DNA from: Paraphysomonas bandaiensis
Taxonomy: Eukaryota > Protista > Chrysophyceae
DNA length: 64,000 nucleotides
Reading direction: 5' to 3'
NCBI GenBank assembly: GCA_965644295.1
Contig: CBFFRP010000026.1
Location: 1 to 64,000 of the forward strand
Shown: one piece after another, positions 37,854 to 50,000 of the stretch
Layout of the letters: the number at the start of each line of letters is the position of its first letter
How positions within the stretch are numbered: the stretch's first letter is position 1
Position numbers and translations under genes: made by a program
Notes under the pieces: generated by a model
Seen by the model: only the letters and a program-made list of their open reading frames with translations
Database searches by the model: none
What the model was told of the DNA's origin: nothing

Positions 37854-39429
37854 GGAATCTATTTTTCGACCTTGTCAATTTAGTGGAATTTCCTAGTCAC
37901 ACCAATATTGGTGTAAAAACCTAGTCAAAAGGTAGAAAAACCTAGTCATTAAATAATTAGATTTTTATCATTACAATGACTAGGTTGAGTAGGTGGAGGT
38001 GGGTATTCACCTAGTCAAACAGGGGAGCATAGCTGCTGTAGCCATAAATTCAAAAATTCAAATGCTATATGCCTCACACTTCGTCGTCACAGTCGAATGA
38101 AAATTGGGCTGTTTCTGATGACCAAGTACGGTGTAGCTCCACAGCAATCTTCATTTCATGGGCATCGAACCCCACAATCTTCGGATGAGCCAGGATGTGA
38201 TCAGGAGCATCAGAAAACCGACACTGCCAGCGAAGAATTTTTTCATTTCTGTGGTTTGGTACCACGCGGTAATCCACGCACATACCATTCAGGTACTGCG
38301 CGTGTCGTACGTACGTGTTCTTCCAGTCCCCTGGCCTAATGGCCATGACATCTACTAGAGAGCCCTAGCTGCACTGCGAGGCCGCGTTTCCTTGCAGGCC
38401 TGATAGTTCTCGCCATGTGCTTTACATCAATGTCCCCTACGGAGAAATTAAGATGTTTAAGGGGCTATAAAAAATGACACACACATACCTCGCAAGTGAT
38501 GTACGGCTAGGGAGTGGGAGCAGTAACGACCATTGTCCCAAAACCGCGGACAGCTGCAAATGAGAGAGGTATAGGTCCTACGATTTATTTTGTATAAGGA
38601 ACTTCCCGAACAACAAACATACTGAGGTATCTATAATATAGAGAGGGAGTTCTGTCAACAACCTCGTTAACCAACACGTCCTCCTCTGAGGACTGACTCA
38701 GTGAATCCATAACTAATTAGATATATATACTAAATGGCATTAAGTATCTTTTATAATACATCAGATTACTTGCGGAATGCTTGTTTATAATATGCTCTCC
38801 TTCCTCCAAGCCACTACTATTTCGGAGCAAGTATCTTGTACAGTCAGAATGATTCAGCTTTGATGCATCAAGCAAACTTCAAATCCTTTCAAGATGCGAT
38901 TTGGTTTCCAAACCAGTTGTTTACAGTGTGTAGAGAGGCGTGTAGGAGGTTGTTGTAGCGTGTTGTTGTCATACTTGTGCCTCTTATAATTCATAGTTAA
39001 ATAAGTGATGCTGATAGACCCCCAGAGAGTACGATTTCATCGATGTTTCAAAGGTAACTGAAGGACATGCATGAAGATTGTGTTGAGAGAAAGAATGGTC
39101 TACCAGCCTACTTCAGCATTGGAGAGAGCGATGGAGTCCTGCCTATGCTGCTATATACCGCTCTTTAGCTTTGTTTTGACCTGATGTATGTTGCATTGGT
39201 TCTACTTCACCTGCTATGACCTCATGCTTCTGTAATGCGTAGCTATATGCCTGTAATGTCAACCTATAGGCCTGTAACGCGTACCTATATGCGAGTACAA
39301 TTCACGACTAGGTTTAATACTATAATTGACTAGTAGGTTGAGTCATTTATTGCTTTGACTAGGTTTTTACACCGAAAATAGTATAACTAGGAAAATCAAC
39401 CACATTGACTAGGTTGAATAATATATCTC
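37854..39429. mobile_element. Non-autonomous MULE/Mutator-like DNA transposon (Pack-MULE-like)
   Basis: ~75-bp imperfect TIRs (both contain GGTGTAAAAACCTAGTCAAA or its reverse complement), a perfect 9-bp TSD AAATAACTG at 37845-37853 and 39430-39438, and repeated CCTAGTC subterminal motifs. Confidence 0.85.
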
Positions 39430-39854
39430 AAATAACTGAAAATTTTGACATTTAAAGTTATAAAATACAGTCTCCTTATGACCCCGTGGTGAAATATAAA
39501 TTATATAGTAGGCTATTTTGCTCATCCTGAATAAATACTACAAAGTACCTTTATGAATAACTATTCTACAACTAGCATTCCAATACTAGTATTCGTTACC
39601 AAACATTACATTAGTTTCGAGTCTACAATACAAGGAATTCATCCTTCGGGAAAGGTAACGTAACATATGTATCAATATATACAATATACATGTAGAAATT
39701 CCACTTATGAAAAAAAAGGTACTAAGTTTTTTATCAGCAAGAAATTATTCGAGTTGTTGAACCTAATCACATGCAGCGATTCAATGACGTTGTACAAAAC
39801 AGCAAAGTGAAGACAAAGCAAACCGCACTATTTCAAGCCATAAATAATTCCACA

Positions 39855-42800
39855 TCATTCTTGGATAGCAAGCTGGGCTGAAAGACGCGAGTGTTCCTCT
39901 TCAAGTCGCTCCAGAAGCCTTTCTGACTCCGACCGCTGCAACTGTGCCGATTGCACTTTCCTGCTTAAAAGTTCCTATCGAGATAATCTGTGAACTCTAC
40001 AGCATATTACATATCTCCATATCACTATGCATTCATCCGTTCGACGTACACACAACAAAATTGATATATGTACATATAACACTTGTGCTGTACCAGTTCA
40101 AATGACTGACACCGTGTATCCGAGTCGATATCAGCAAGGCACATAGCCCACCCTCGTTTGTCCTCCACATGCATCGCCATACGTTCTCTGCCCGACGTAT
40201 GACTGTCCTTGAGATTTTGAACGTGGCCAGAAAGGAGCGATGCACTGTGTCCCATGCTAGACATCTGTGAAATTTTTTAACCTTAAATGTATTGAAGCTT
40301 GACGTGTATAATTACCACATCCATGACTTTTTCTTCGATACTCTGTAAAAAATTTGTGTTCGTCTCACTTTGACATTGCAGTTAGCACTAAAAATAATAA
40401 TTGACGTTGTACTCACATATCCGATTCCAGGTCTTGGATGGAGGCGATTTCTTTAGCCTTTCTAGATAGTGTCTGGGCTGGAAGAACAAATCTCAAATAG
40501 CAATAACCTACACATTTCCGACTAACTACTAACACCAATAGCAATACATTCATAGTCCTACACTCATATGATTACACTCACATAATTACACACATATGAT
40601 TACATTCATACGATTACTCTCATATAATTACACTCATATATATGATAACGCTCATACGATAACACTCATATAATTACACACAAAATTACATTCACCTCAT
40701 TACACACATACGATTACACTCATATGACAACGCTCATATGATTACAACCATACGACAGCACTCACACAATTACACTTATTTCATAATACTCATGTAATAA
40801 CACTCATATGATAATACTCATATGATTACACTCATATGATAACACTCATGTAATTACACTTATTTCATAACACTCATGTGATAACACTCATATGATAACA
40901 CTCATGTAACAACACTCATATGATAACACTCATGTAATAACACTCATATGATAACACTTATGTAATAACACTCATATGATAACACTCATATGATAACACT
41001 CATGTAACAACACTCATATGATAACACTCATATGATTACAACCATACGATAGCACTCACACAATTACACTTATTTCATAACACTCATGTAATAACACTCA
41101 TATGATAACACTCATATGATTACAACCATACGATTGCACTCACACAATTACACTTATTTCATAACACTCATGTAATAACACTCATATGATAACACTCACA
41201 CAATTACACTTATTTCATAACACTCATGTAATAACACTCATATGATAACACTCACACAATTACACTTATTTCATAACACTCATGTAATAACACTCATATG
41301 ATAACACTCATATGATTACAACCATACGATAGCACTCACACAATTACACTTATTTCATAACACTCATGTAATAACACTCATATTATAACACTTATGTAAT
41401 AACACTCATATGATAACACTCATGTAATAACACTCATATGATAACACTCATGTAATAACACTCATATGATAACACTTATGTAATAACACTCATATGATAA
41501 CACTCATATGATAACACTCATGTAACAACACTCATATGATAACACTCATATGATTACAACCATACGATAGCACTCACACAATTACACTTATTTCATAACA
41601 CTCATGTAATAACACTCATATGATTACAACCATACGATAGCACTCACACAATTACACTTATTTCATAACACTCATGTAATAACACTCATATGATAACACT
41701 CACACAATTACACTTATTTCATAACACTCATGTAATAACACTCATATGATAACACTCACACAATTACACTTATTTCATAACACTCATGTAATAACACTCA
41801 TATGATAACACTCATATGATTACAACCATACGATAGCACTCACACAATTACACTTATTTCATAACACTCATGTAATAACACTCATATTATAACACTTATG
41901 TAATAACACTCATATGATAACACTCATGTAATAACACTCATATGATAACACTTATGTAATAACACTCATATGATAACACTCATATGATAACACTCATGTA
42001 ATAACACTCATATGATAACACTCATGTAATAACACTCATATGATAACACTCATATGATAACACTCATGTAATAACACTCATATGATTACAACCATACGAT
42101 AGCACTCACACAATTACACTTATTTCATAACACTCATGTAATAACACTCATATGATAACACTCACACAATTACACTTATTTCATAACACTCATGTAATAA
42201 CACTCATATGATGACACTCATATGATTACAACCATACGACAGCACTCACACAATTACACTTATTTCATAACACTCATGTAATAACACTCATATGATAACA
42301 CTCATATGATTACAACCATACGATAGCACTCACACAATTACACTTATTTCATAACACTCATGTAATAACACTCATATGATAACACTCATATGATTACATT
42401 CATATGATAACACTCATGTAATTACACTTATTTCATAACACTCATGTGATAACACTCATATGATAACACTCACACAATTACACTTATTTCATAACACTCA
42501 TGTAATAACACTCATATGATAACACTCATATGATTACAACCATACGATAGCACTCACACAATTACACTTATTTCATAACACTCATGTCATAACACTCATA
42601 TGATAACACTCACACAATTACACTTATTTCATAACACTCATGTAATAACACTCATATGATAACACTCACACAATTACACTTATTTCATAACACTCATGTA
42701 ATAACACTCATATGATAACACTCATGTAATAACACTCATATGATAACACTTATGTAATAACACTCATATGATAACACTCATATGATAACACTCATGTAAT

Positions 42801-43443
42801 AACACTCATATGATAACACTCATATGATAACACTCATGTAATAACACTCATATGATTACAACCATACGATAGCACTCACACAATTACACTTATTTCATAA
42901 CACTCATGTCATAACACTCATATGATAACACTCACACAATTACACTTATTTCATAACACTCATGTAATAACACTCATATGATAACACTTATGTAATAACA
43001 CTCATATGATAACACTCATATGATAACACTCATATGATTACAACCATACGATAGCACTCACACAATTACACTTATTTCATAACACTCATGTAACTACACT
43101 CATATGATAACACATACACACATATGATAACACTCATGTAACTACACTCATATGATAACACTCATGTAATAACACTCATAGTCATGCGCTCATTGCTTCT
43201 AGCTTTCTTACCATACGCAAATTCCGACATCGCAAGTCGTACTTTTAGTTCTGATACTACTAATGGGTTCACTCTCTGAGCACGCACGGCTTCTATCTCC
43301 TCCTGAGCCATGATTGCTCTCTCCTTTAGATTAGTTAAACGCATATGTCTCTCTTCGCATGATGTTGCTAGTCTCTCAAGACGCTCAGCGGCACCCGTCC
43401 ACGGGTTTTGGTTGTCTTCCTTATGGGGAGAAGTGCCGGACAT
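39855..43443 (-). CDS. Uncharacterised coiled-coil protein, multi-exon, first intron contains a 2.6-kb satellite
   Basis: Exon 1 MSGTSPH...AMSEFAY ends at a GTAAG donor (~43210). Later exons read QTLSRKAKEIASIQDLESD, ETNTNFLQSIEEKVMD, SSMGHSASLLSGH..DTR and ELLSRKVQSAQL..AIQE-stop, each with GT/AG borders. Confidence 0.6.
40557..43180. repeat. 14-bp-unit minisatellite with several variant units and higher-order order
   Basis: Units ATAACACTCATATG, ATAACACTCATGTA, ATTACAACCATACG, ATAGCACTCACACA and ATTACACTTATTTC; roughly 185 units. Confidence 0.97.
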
Positions 43444-43924
43444 AGTGTGTACAGTAAGATTAGTATACACTGCTGCTCATTCTACGATCAGATATCCACC
43501 CACATATGCATAGAACACATACACATATCCATACACTCCACTCACTTCACTCTGATCAGACCACCGCAGGTACTCTACGGTCTACGGGTCCACTGGAAGT
43601 GATAGAGTGAAGTGAAGTATGAAGTGCTTTCTGGGGATTCCAACTTCAAGGAAGAGACCAGCAGCGTCATGTCCATATATGGGTTGGACACCTAGTCACA
43701 TGCATATACACTGATGTCGTAGTATATCCTGCACAACCGTATATTTGGTATTCTGTATTCTAGCCGACATCCTCTATCTATATACCCCTCGTATACATAT
43801 ATACAGCTGTATGTATATGCACGTCTCGTTTCAGAGAGGAGCATCACTTGCCTTAATAAATTTTATTAATCACTGCACTTGTCGTCACTCGGAGTTGGGC
43901 CAATTGACCATTCAGAGGTGACCA

Positions 43925-46022
43925 ATGATATATTCAGCGATGATGCTCTCCTTGTCCTGTCTGGTGTCTGTGTCTGCGTCTGTATCCGCCTATATCGTTC
44001 CTCCAGCGGAGTTGAGGCCCAGTGTTTATCACGGGTGGGCCCATAAGCACTGGGTATGGAATCATAACAGTAACAATAATCAGGTCATTTTCTTTACTGC
44101 CCTTAATGCTCGTAGTAATGCGTTAACAGGATAGCACACTGGAGTTAGTGCAGGGGTATCTGGATCATGACATTCCAGTGGGCGCTGTTGACATCGACAG
44201 TATGTGGGAGACGCAGTTCAATAACTTCGAACCGAATACAGATTTGTTTCCAGATATGGCTTCCATGATATCTAAGCTTCATGACATGGATATTCGTGTG
44301 ATTACTTGGGCTACAAGTATGATTAATGTTGAGAATCCGGATTTTGATATGTGCGTGGAAAAGAATTATCTCGTGCGGGATGCTTTTGGTGTAGCGCGCC
44401 CACTAGGCTGGTGGCACGGAGATGGATGCTTACTCGACTATTCCAATCCCGAGGCCGTTGCATGGTGGCACACTAAAATGGATACCATACTAGACATGGG
44501 TGTAGACGGGTTCAAGACTGATGGGACAGACCCTTACATACTGGAGTATATTATATTTTCAGGTGCATACTTGAAGCTCTATGTGCTAGCATAAAATGAA
44601 CAACTGTATTTATATATTAGGAAGTGCTCTAGGGTACCAAAACGTTTCACTTACGTATCGCGATTACGCTAACGCTTACTACCGCGACTTTTTCACATAC
44701 ACAAGAGAGCACAGGGGCGAGGATGGTCTAATTATGTCCAGGCCAGTGGACTGCCAGCTCGACACAGTGGCCTCCTTGTGCACGCCTTTTAGTCCTCGCG
44801 ATGTGATGCTGTCTGGATGGGTGGGAGATGATGATGCGACCTTCAACGGGCTAAGGGGCTGCATGCGAAAGGTCATATTCTCGGCGTGGGACGGATACGC
44901 GAACTTCGGGTGTGATATCGGGGGCTATCGAGGGGGCGACGACACGAAAGACAAGGAGGTATGTTGGCAACCTGTGTATAGATATATATGTGCCATGCGA
45001 TAGTTTCTTTTCCTGTTTGTGTAATTCTTTGTAGCTATTCGTGCGCTGGTCCCAGTACGGCGCTTTTCTTCCTCTGATGGAAAACGGCGGCGGAGGCGAG
45101 CATCGTCCATGGATGTATGATGAGGAGACCACCAACATATATCGTTCTTTTGTTAACGAACACTACCGCCTCATCCCCTACCTACTCACTAACGGTGCGA
45201 TAAGTACTTCCAGTTTGTAGTTATATGTTTTCGTTGCATCTCATAACTGCGATTGTTTCATTTTATCTGTTGGTTGATAAATTTGGAGTAGGAATGGATG
45301 CGTACGACAGTGATGGTAACAGCACAGTTATCATACCGGTGGCAGCCCGCGCTGAATCCACTCCCAACTACCGATTGACTCAGCCTTCCACTTACTCGTA
45401 CTTGCTGGGTGAGAGTTTAATCGTTCATCCTGTGGCTTTCAATGCGGTTGAATCCGAATCGAGAGAAGGGGGAAGTTTGGTGGAGATGGTCTTTCCTAAA
45501 GAAGGGTCTGACGGGGAAGTAGGTGTGTGGGTTGACTGGTGGGCCCCGCACGATGCAACTCTAGCTGTTAATGTCCCTGGAGGGGCAGAGTACCGCACCC
45601 ATCGCAGAGTAGCCCTGGACACATATGCTGTGTATGCCAGGCGAGGGACTATCCTCCCTCTGTTTGCTTCATCATCCGACGAGACGACATTATTTACTTG
45701 GTTGTCTCCTTACGAGGGCTCAGAAGCTGAAACATATGTCAGGGAGCCTGCGTCCGCTGGCCCTGGGCTTATCGGTGGGCTAAGTCTTTCGAATGGTGGC
45801 GTCCTATCGGGGTATGTAAGTGCACATGAGTCCAAGCCCCATGGGGGGTATGGTTGGGTTGTCACCGCTGTGACCGAACCGGACGTCGTCACATTCACTG
45901 GTGCTGATGTAGCCACTTGTCAACACAACTACGATGGAGATACATCCACTCTGACACTGACTTGTTCTGACGGTTCTGCCGGACTCCGTTTCGAAGCAAC
46001 TGGAGTGAGAAGCAACTTCTAA
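43925..46022 (+). CDS. Secreted glycoside hydrolase family 31 (alpha-glucosidase/xylosidase-like), multi-exon
   Basis: Signal peptide; DIDSMW, DYSNPEAVAWW, nucleophile GFKTDG, acid/base WVGD, CDIGGY, RWSQYGAFLP and YLLG..LIVHP. Confidence 0.9.
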
Positions 46023-47057
46023 TAACTGTACTGCATAAACGGCTAATGATCCAGTTTTTTGGGATTCACTGTTGTAGTACTTCTGAAATTTGTGATGCAA
46101 AGTAATATTTAAACGTTAGTCCCACATCAGCTGTGATAATGATAATAATTATTGCTAATTTATTCTTAATATGAAATGTTAATGACTTTCTTCTATAATA
46201 AATTTATTTGGCTTCTGCGCTAAACTAGATAGTATTGAAGAGCAGATTGTTTGCTCTAGTACAGTGGAAGTGGAGTAATATTTTCCTCAATAGCATTCTT
46301 GAATGCTTCAATTAGTTTCAAGAGATTTTCAGGCTGCGAGTCGCACATAAACAGCATCTACCTCAACTAGTGCTGGATATAATTTGCATTAACACGCATA
46401 TTTTCATTTAAATCAGTGCCATTTTATCAACTTATTTTAAGACATTAATCATGCTAAAACACCACTATCTACGCGGTCTGATATCCGAATATATCAATGG
46501 GAACAATATTTTTAATTCATAGTTGTGCCTCATACGTTAGATAATCCGATAGTCATTCCTATTCTTGTCTAATACCGGCCCTTTCCATATATTTCAATTG
46601 ATGAACATGATAAACAAACTTCCCACTCGATTATGGTTACGAGGGCAGACGGAAGACCAAATCATTGGAATGAGCCTCCAGAAGATCCACTACAACACCA
46701 TGGAATACGATAACTCCAGTTTATTCTTCCTTTATTTTCTAGATTTCTGACCATATTCTGGAGTTTCCTCACTTGTATTTATATTTTCGGACACTTTTCG
46801 CATGTCTGCTGTATACGTATACGATTGGTATACCGTACCATATCGAAGTAGGTCGAAGTGTGTATTTGTAATTTAAATACAGACAGAGCAGAGCAGAGCA
46901 GAGCAGAGCACTGTACACGAATACAGTCATCTTAAGAACACAATAATTACACACGCGGTGCTTTCACACCAGTGAAATACTTCGCTCTGACACACTCATG
47001 GTTCTCTAGTCTTCTTATTGTCTCAGCGACTGTAGCTGGCAGTGTGGTAAGCCTCTC

Positions 47058-50000
47058 ATGCAGCATAACCTCAAGAGTCAACTGGAGTGGCTGTGTGAGG
47101 TCGGTATAGCGCACCTGCATATACATATGTATGTTAACATATGCGCCTGTAGAATCAGGAGCACGCCCACGGCGCAGGCTTCTCGTCCACAGGAGTTGTT
47201 TGTTCTCATCGAGAGGACAGCAGGTGAGAGGCGGCTGCGGTGTATGCCTCGTCTCTTACGGCTTTAACAGATGTGATCTTGTGGCCGCATTTTCATCTGC
47301 ACAGCATCACAGTGGCATATGTCTCTCTGAGATATCGAAGAAGTTTGACATATTGAGGTATTCATTCACCGCAACAACAATGTGCCTTCATCATTCTTGT
47401 GCCTGCAGGCTAGAGAAAAATAAGTCCATATCTTTAGAGCAAGAGAATATTCAAAGCAGGGAGCAGCAGCATAGACAACACGCCCAACACAGAACCGTGT
47501 CATTACCACCTGTTATACAGAGCTCATTTTGTCAGACATCACTCCCACAACAGATCGAAAGGACTGAAGAATTCGACCCAATCGATGAAGCATTTCTCAA
47601 TATGGACGTTGAGGGTCAGTGAGTAATACCTGCTACGTTTTTGTGCTCACTCGTGTTGTTTATTTCAGCTTTAACGAACCGATACAAATCTGGCCAACGC
47701 CCAAGTACAGGTACACATTCTGGAGTGAATGCAAATACCAGTCGCACACCAACTCCCATTTCCTCGACGCACCCCCCTGCTCCCGTATATGATAGTCACA
47801 TGTCAGCTCCAGTCTCTTCTAGGCACTCACCTGCTCCTGTTTCATCTAGCCATGACAAGAGTGATTTGCTTGCTCGACTTCAGCGGCAGAGGGATGCTCT
47901 GGACGCTCAGATTGCCGCGCTTACACGAGATAGTAGCCCATGCAGTGTTACTACGCGCCAGAGCACTGGAGGGGAAACATATGGCTTACATCAAGGTACC
48001 GGGGTATCTGTGAATCATGCGCGGAGAGAAACAACTGCCCTTGTGGTGCCTACGGAACGAATGTGGGGAGAGACTTCTGGCGCCAGAAATTCAGCGGATC
48101 AAATGAACGGAGATATACCCGGACAATTCATGGATACCAGGGGGTCTGTATGTAATGCATGGGGTGACACTTATGGTACCAGGACTCATGCGGATCAAAC
48201 GAACGGAGATACTTTGGCATCCAATCAGAGAAGTGGTGGTTGGGAAGACACAGACTATGCTATACAGCAGAGGGTTGTTGCTGACGCAGCACCACGGAGT
48301 GGACCTGCACTTGGCATGTATGGGGGGGAGGACGACGACAGCGTACCGGACTGCCCTTGCGGGTACCGATGTTTGGTCCTTACTTCACGTACATCTGCGA
48401 ATATGAATAGGCAGTTCTACAAATGCCCTAATGGCGACCAAGCTGGTATTGGCATATCACGTTGCCGTAAAAATCTGTAATCATTTCCGTAGGCGGTGGA
48501 TGTGGCTTTTTCCAGTGGGTGGATGGGGAGGTTACAGGGGCTTCCTTATCTGGCACTCCATTGGGTGTGGGCATCAAAGACTTTACTGTCGAGAATCGCC
48601 GTATATTTGGTCATAATTCTTTTAAGGAAGGCCAGCGGGAGTGCATTGAGGCCGCACTACAAGGTACAGTTTGCTTATCACCCTTGGTGTATGCGTATTA
48701 CTGAAAATATTGTAGGAAGGGATGTGTTCTGTTTGATGCCGACTGGGGGAGGAAAGTCTCTGGTCTACCAATTGCCAGCGTGGTGCTGTCCAGGACTGGC
48801 GGTGGTGTTCAGCCCTCTCGTGTCGCTCATACAAGACCAAGTCGATGCTATGACTGCAACAGGCATAAGGGCGGTGTATGTCACTTCCACACAGAGTGAG
48901 GCGGAGGTACAGCAAATATATCAAGATCTTTATAACGGTCACAACACCTCATCAAATGGAACTCCTGAAGATGGTATAAAACTTCTGTACATTACACCGG
49001 AGAAGTTTAAGAACTCGCCGAAGATGAAAAATCTTCTTCGAAATCTCTATGGAAAGGGTTTGCTGTCACGGTTTGTTATCGATGAGGTAGGTCTATTGAT
49101 ATTACAAGCGCATGAACACTAATAGCACTATGTTGGAATGTCAGGCTCACTGTTTGTCAGAGTGGGGGTAAGTAATTCAATATTTGTGTCACAAGACCTC
49201 ATGTGTTTTTAGGCATGATTTTAGGTAGGCTGGAGGTGACATGCTACAAGTGTTGTTTTCATCTTGCGTCAGGTCGGACTATTTATATCTCGGTAGTATA
49301 CGTACAGATTATCCAAACACCCCCATCCTCGCTCTCACGGCCACTGCCAACCAAGCGGTCATCCAGGATTGCATACGCATCATTGGAATGCGCAATCCTT
49401 TCAGACATACTCACAGTTTTAACAGGCCAAATATAGAGTACACTGTGCGACCCAAAGATAGCAAAGTTATCAAGAACATTGCTGATATAATTAAATCTAA
49501 GCGTAATCAAACTGGTGGGTTATAGAATTTATTGTTTAGCAGTAAGCCTAAATGCAAGTGCACAGGTATAATTTATTGCTTTTCGAAAAGAGATACAGAG
49601 AAAGTGACCGATGAACTTCGACGTGCCATTCCCGAGATGCGCAACGCTATTGATTTTTATCATGCAGACGTTCCGGCTGATCTAAAGGAAAGGCGACAGC
49701 GACTGTGGTCTAAAGGCGATATTAAAATCATATGTGCCACTATAGCCTTTGGAATGGGAATAAATAAGCCAGATGTGCGCTATGTAATTCACTACTCAAT
49801 GCCGAAGAGTCTTACGAACTTTTATCAGGCAAGATGTCGACAGTTGTAGGTAATTACGTGATGTGTTTTAGGAGTCTGGGAGAGCAGGTAGAGATGGATT
49901 TCCATCGGAGAGTATCGTATTCTACAGCTATACTGACAAACAAAAGCTTTGTGCCCTGTCACAAAAGGGGTCGGAAGGAGGAGGAAGGGGGGCTATAGAG

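Noticed and set aside
40557-43180. CRISPR-like array
   Set aside because: No unique spacers; it is built entirely from reused 14-bp variants, the context is eukaryotic, and no cas genes are present.
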